From Heteronotia binoei (Eukaryota): a stretch of DNA of 64,000 nt. This document shows positions 59,161 to 64,000 of the stretch, one piece after another; position 1 is the stretch's first letter; each line of letters starts with the position of its first letter. The position numbers were made by a program, and so were the translations under genes. The stretch is from assembly GCF_032191835.1 (NCBI RefSeq), contig NC_083228.1:40238001-40302000 (forward strand), given 5' to 3'. The notes beneath the pieces are model-generated. The model worked only from the letters and a program-made list of their open reading frames with translations, was not told the DNA's origin and did not search any database.

Positions 59161-60519
59161 GGCCTGCAAGGAGCGCATATGCAAGCCCGGCCCAGCTCAT
59201 CAAGGGAGAGAGGGGGCACCCCCAGGCGGGGTGGCACCCTACGCCACCGCCAATCCTGCCTACTCCCACGTGCAGGCTCTGGCTGGGAGCATTAACCCAG
59301 AGGCCTTTAGTAGTTGTTGGGGAATTCCTAAGGTGTTGCTACAGGCCTCTGAGGGAGACGCCTTTCCTTCTGGGGAACCACTGTTGCCAGTCTCCAGTTG
59401 AGGGCTGGAGATCACTCAGAATTACAACTGTTCTCCAGATGGGAGATAAGCTCTCCTTGAGGTTGGGGGGGAGTGAATGCCTTTACTTGTGTGGGTGGGA
59501 AGACAGCAAGGGTGAGGGAAACTCACCCAGAGCCTCTTTCTAGAGCCCGTTGTATTTTTTCTCCACATCGGGCCTTATTCCCAGTCTCAAATAAAGCAAA
59601 GAACAGCAAAGCAAAAACCTATTCAAACCATGCTGTTAAAACTGGCTTGATCAAGTTATATAAGGAACCTATATTGCTTATACTTTCAGAGGGTAGCCAT
59701 GTTGGTCTGCAGTAGAAAGAGAGCCAGGAATGGTGCCATATGACTATGGCAGAAGCAATGGATCTATTGCATGAGTCTGTGATATGCCATGCAGCATTTA
59801 ATTGCAGATTTTCCAGCTTTGAAGCCCTCTGTCTGTAGGACTTTGGCCCAGCTTTGCGTTCTTCTAGAAGTGAACAAATGAATATAGCCATTCTTTCCCA
59901 CAAGACTATTTCATAGTGCCCATAATGGCATTAAAGTTTGCCATGTGTAGTATTACAGCCAAAGACATATAGATTTTATGGCTAAGGCAGTCGAGCTTAT
60001 GTCCCTCTCATCCAAATGTTGAATGAGGCTGAGAATATTGCTTGGCTGGGATGACCTCCATCACGATGGACTTAGCAGTAGGGTGGGCAAAAAAGAAATC
60101 ACAGTCCTCCCCCAAAACCTTGTTTATGTAGTCCATTTTCTTGGCAGCAGGGGAGACCAATGTTAGCTTAGTCCAAATGGATTTGGATATGTCCAGCAAT
60201 CCCTGTAACATCAGGAAAGCAATTAAGCCCATGTTGGGTAGGTGTAAAGGAACTTCAAAATGGGGTCAGACATAGTTCCGAGCAGATCACTTAGATATTC
60301 AGAGACTTTGCCATTAGATATTAAGGGACTTCTCCCAAAGGCTAGCTTTTAGCCTGGAAGTCCAGTTGATGCAAGCCTTTGGAGTGAACTACTTGCAAAC
60401 AGAGCCACAGCTCAAAATAAAATCCTCCTTATCCCTCTTTGTGTGAACAGAGCAGGGTGGAAGGCAAATAGAAGGAAGAAAAGGAACAATCACCAGAGAA
60501 AAAACTGCAAGTATCAGAC

Positions 60520-63500
60520 GACAACAACAACAACAACAACAAATTTTATTTGTATCCCGCCCTCCCCGCCGGAGCAGGCTCAGGGCGGCTAACAACATGA
60601 TTCAGGGTTAAATTATACAAGTAAATAAAACTACATTAAACATTATCAGCATTTAATTAAAATCTGGTTAAGCTTTAAAATTAAATTAGTTAATTTTTAA
60701 AAGTGCTAGTGCTATGTTTACTTTTTCTGATGGCGGTTTCCTTCGCAATTTCCATTTTCATCAGGGAAGGCCAGTCTGAAGAGGAAGGTCTTGCAGGCCC
60801 TGCGGAACTGTTCTAGGTCCCGCAGGGCCCGCATTTCCTCTGGAAGTTGGTTCCATAGGCTCGGGGCTATAGAGGAGAAGGCCCGGTTACGGGTGCTTTG
60901 CAGCTTCACCTCTCTCGGTCCGGGGATAGTCAGCAGGTTTTTCCCGGCTGACCTCAGTGCTCTCTGGGGTTCATATGAGGAGAGACGGTCCCTAAGGTAG
61001 ACAGGTCCTCGACCATATAGGGCTTTAAAGGTAATGACCAGCACTTTGTAATGAACCCGGTATGTAACTGGCAGCCAGTGCAGTTCGCGCAGCCCAGGCT
61101 GTATGTGCTCCCATTTAGGGAGTCCCAGCAACAGTCTAGCCGCTGCGTTCTGCACCAGCTGCAGCTTCCGGGTTCGGCACAGAGGCAGCCCCATGTAGAG
61201 GGCATTACAGTAATCCAGTCTCGAGGTGACCGTTGCATGAAGCACCATTGCCAGATCTTGGCGCTCTAGGAAGGGAGCCAACTGCTTTGCCCGCCTTAGA
61301 TGGAAAAAGGCTGACTTGGCAGTGGCTGCAATCTGGGCCTCCATTGATAATGCAGGCTCCAGTAAAACTCCCAGGCTCTTAACTCGGTGCGCCGCTTTCA
61401 ACGGCGCCCCGTCGAAGACCGGGAGAGGTATTTCCCCTCCCCGAGCGCCCCGACCCAGACAAAGGACTTCTGTCTTCGCTGGATTCAGTTTCAGCCTGCT
61501 CTTCCTCAACCAGGTTGCCAAATCCTGCAGGGCCCGGTCTAAATTCTCTGGGACGCAGTCAGGCCGGCCGTCCATTAGCAGATAGAGTTGGGTGTCATCT
61601 GCATATTGATGGCACCCAAGTCCATGTCTCCTGGCAATCTGGGCAAGGGGGCGCATGTAGATATTAAATAGCATTGGTGAGAGAACTGCCCCCTGAGGCA
61701 CTCCACAATCCAGTGTGCGCCTCTGGGACAGCTCGCCCCCAATTGCCACCCTTTGTCCCCGATCCTCGAGGAAGGAGGCAAGCCATTGTAAGGCAGACCC
61801 CCTCACCCCTACATCGGCGAGGCGGCGGGTCAGTAGCCGATGGTCGACCGTGTCGAACGCAGCCGACAGGTCCAGCAACATCAGCACCGCCACACCGCCC
61901 CGATCCAGGTGCCGTTGGAGATCATCTACCAGGGCGACCAGTACTGTCTCCGTCCCGTAACCCGGGCGAAAGCCGGACTGGCAAGGGTCTAGGATGGAAG
62001 CGTCATCCAGAAAGCTCTGCAACTGTGACGCCACTGCCCTCTCTATAATTTTACCTAAAAATGGTAAATTAGAGACCGGTCGGTAGTTTGCCAATTCGGC
62101 CGGATCCGCTGTACTTTTTTTCAAGAGGGGACGGACCAAAGCCTCTTTTAGAGATGATGGAAAGCGCCCCTCCGAGAGGGATCTATTTATGATGTCCCGT
62201 AAAGGACATTCAAGCTCCCTCAGGCAGGATTTAATTAGCCAGGAGGGGCATGGGTCCAAATCGCAAGTTGTAGGGCGTGCAGAGGAGAGAATTCCGTCAA
62301 CTTCCTCCAGGCTGAGCGGGCTGAAGTGATCCAGGATTAAATCCGAAGACAGGCACGGGGCCTCGGGCTCACATACTGTATCCAAGGTGATGGGCAGGTC
62401 CTGGCGGAGCGACGTGATTTTGTCTGCAAAAAATTTCGCAAAAGCCTCACAGCCTATTTCCAATTCTCTAACGTTTAGTCTGCCTTGGGGCAGTGTGGTT
62501 AACTGTCCAATTATTTTAAACAATTGTGCTGGGAGCGAATTTGCAGACGCAATCTTGGCCGCGAAGTACTTCTTCTTCGCGGCCTTGACTGCCACCTCAT
62601 AAGACCTCATAAACGTTCTATAGGATGTTCTCGCCGCTTCGTCACGAGTGCGCCGCCACTGCCTCTCTAGTCGTCGGAGTCCTTGTTTCAACCGGCGTAT
62701 TTCCAAGGTATACCAAGGAGCCAGCCTTGAACGAGGGCGCAGAGGACGTCGAGGTGCGATCTCGTTGATTGCCCCGGATAGCCGATCTTGCCAGGCATCA
62801 ACCAGGGCATCAAGGGAATCGCCAGGGGGCCAAGGATCCCGGAGAGCCATTTGGAACCGTTCCGGGTCCATCAGGCTCCGCGGGCGAGCCAAAATAGGCT
62901 CTCCGCCCTTACAGGGTTGTGGTAGCGTCTCCATACGAGCCTTGAGGGCTAAGTGATCCGACCATGGTATCGTCTCCATTGCGATTTCGTTCACTTGAAT
63001 CCCGGTCGCAAAGATCAGATCTAATGTGTGCCCAGCCTGATGCGTGGGAGTCGTAACAAATTGGGAGAGTCCCAGTGTCGCCATGGAAGACACTAGGTCC
63101 ATCGCCTGAGTAGAGGCCGCGTCATCGGCATGGACATTGAAGTCGCCCAGGACCAGAAGCCCTGGGTACTCCAGCGCCCAGCCGGACACCGCCTCCATCA
63201 GGGATGGTAAGGCGCTGGCCGGTGCGTTAGGCGGACGGTACACCAGCCAGATCGCCAACCTCTCCCCGACATCCCACGCAAGGCCAACACACTCAATACC
63301 GTCGATCTTTGGGGCCGGGAGAGCCCGGAAGGAGTAACCCTCCCGTATGAGTACCGCCACCCCGCCACCCCGCCCGCTAATCCGGGACTGGTGAAAGACC
63401 GAGTAACCTGGGGGGGTCATCTGGGAGAGTGCCGTCGTCTCCCCCTCTTGTACCCAGGTCTCGGTCACGCAAGCCAGGTCTGTGTCCTGTCGAAGCAGGA

Positions 63501-64000
63501 AGTCCCTAATGGTTTCGGTCTTATTATTTATAGACCTGGCGTTGCATAACACCAATTTCTCTTGGTCCCACTACTTGTCACCGTCGGGATGGGAAGTAGA
63601 CTAGAAGGGGGCCGAGCACTGTTTTGTCTCAGCCTCCTTCTCTCACATCTCCGTCTATTCCCACCGTCATATCTTCCCCTCCCCAGGAGCACTGGGATCC
63701 CCTGACCTGACATCCCGACCTATTCTCCCAATGATAGTATTCCACTGACTAGTTGGTATTGATACACAGCATAGATCTCCTGCCCACCTTCGTCCTCTGT
63801 TCCCAGTTATCTAGTTCACCATAATCTTCCAATTTGATTAGTAAATAATAATTCCTACTTAGCACTATAATAAAGTCTAATTCCTAACTAATCTAAAGTG
63901 CTAACGTGAATAAATAATCAATTGAATTAATTAATTCTATATGCATTTAAAAACATAAATACATAATAAATCCAGTTTCTAATCAATTTAATAAATCCAG
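60520..64000 (-). mobile_element. Young, long L2-clade LINE (continues beyond the window)
   Basis: CpG-rich EN-RT ORF, 3' stem-loop cgccct...agggcg, (TTG)n tail at 60520-60540, and an AT-rich region upstream of ORF2. Confidence 0.93.
60718..63555 (-). CDS. L2 ORF2: apurinic endonuclease plus reverse transcriptase, 945 codons without a stop
   Basis: EN motifs NARS, ETW, GGGV, GDFN, GHTLDL, SDH. RT motifs YRPVSNL, QSGFR, LDLSAAFDTVDH, GVPQG, YADDTQL. The listed start codon is TTG, not ATG. Confidence 0.92.
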   Translation of the reverse strand: MVLCNARSINNKTETIRDFLLRQDTDLACVTETWVQEGETTALSQMTPPGYSVFHQSRISGRGGGVAVLIREGYSFRALPAPKIDGIECVGLAWDVGERLAIWLVYRPPNAPASALPSLMEAVSGWALEYPGLLVLGDFNVHADDAASTQAMDLVSSMATLGLSQFVTTPTHQAGHTLDLIFATGIQVNEIAMETIPWSDHLALKARMETLPQPCKGGEPILARPRSLMDPERFQMALRDPWPPGDSLDALVDAWQDRLSGAINEIAPRRPLRPRSRLAPWYTLEIRRLKQGLRRLERQWRRTRDEAARTSYRTFMRSYEVAVKAAKKKYFAAKIASANSLPAQLFKIIGQLTTLPQGRLNVRELEIGCEAFAKFFADKITSLRQDLPITLDTVCEPEAPCLSSDLILDHFSPLSLEEVDGILSSARPTTCDLDPCPSWLIKSCLRELECPLRDIINRSLSEGRFPSSLKEALVRPLLKKSTADPAELANYRPVSNLPFLGKIIERAVASQLQSFLDDASILDPCQSGFRPGYGTETVLVALVDDLQRHLDRGGVAVLMLLDLSAAFDTVDHRLLTRRLADVGVRGSALQWLASFLEDRGQRVAIGGELSQRRTLDCGVPQGAVLSPMLFNIYMRPLAQIARRHGLGCHQYADDTQLYLLMDGRPDCVPENLDRALQDLATWLRKSRLKLNPAKTEVLCLGRGARGGEIPLPVFDGAPLKAAHRVKSLGVLLEPALSMEAQIAATAKSAFFHLRRAKQLAPFLERQDLAMVLHATVTSRLDYCNALYMGLPLCRTRKLQLVQNAAARLLLGLPKWEHIQPGLRELHWLPVTYRVHYKVLVITFKALYGRGPVYLRDRLSSYEPQRALRSAGKNLLTIPGPREVKLQSTRNRAFSSIAPSLWNQLPEEMRALRDLEQFRRACKTFLFRLAFPDENGNCEGNRHQKK

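Noticed and set aside
60263-60279. One-mismatch DR5 GGGTCA-gacat-AGTTCC (and one-mismatch DR2 at 21479-21492)
   Set aside because: Single-mismatch isolated sites are expected by chance several times in 64 kb.

Overview
Vertebrate genomic DNA, most likely a squamate reptile and probably a gecko, judging by the SINE, L2, CR1 and Penelope repertoire. The minus strand carries a complete 6-exon CYP26C1 retinoic-acid hydroxylase gene (CDS 25380->15590, 575 aa, all introns GT-AG, phase 0). Upstream of it lie the last two coding exons of EXOC6 (exocyst Sec15; 30062-29950 and 29226-29091). No further EXOC6 exon was found, so 30.1-64 kb appears to be one large AT-rich, TE-laden EXOC6 intron. By the known EXOC6-CYP26C1-CYP26A1 synteny, CYP26A1 should lie just left of the window; no CYP26A1 coding sequence is visible here. 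There are two large CpG islands (~0.25-8.8 kb with no recognisable gene, and ~22.2-31 kb). Most GC-rich ORFs in the track are chance products of these islands. Most notable observations: (1) a dispersed array of retinoic-acid response elements (DR5, DR2, DR0/DR2 composite), one next to a plus-strand GC-box/TATA promoter candidate and one apparently created inside a SINE; (2) a hammerhead-ribozyme motif in an inverted Penelope-like end; (3) inverted MITE copies bracketing the catalytic exon 5 of CYP26C1; (4) a young L2 LINE with a 945-codon EN-RT ORF that lacks an in-frame start. All motif scans were done by eye and no database searches were run.
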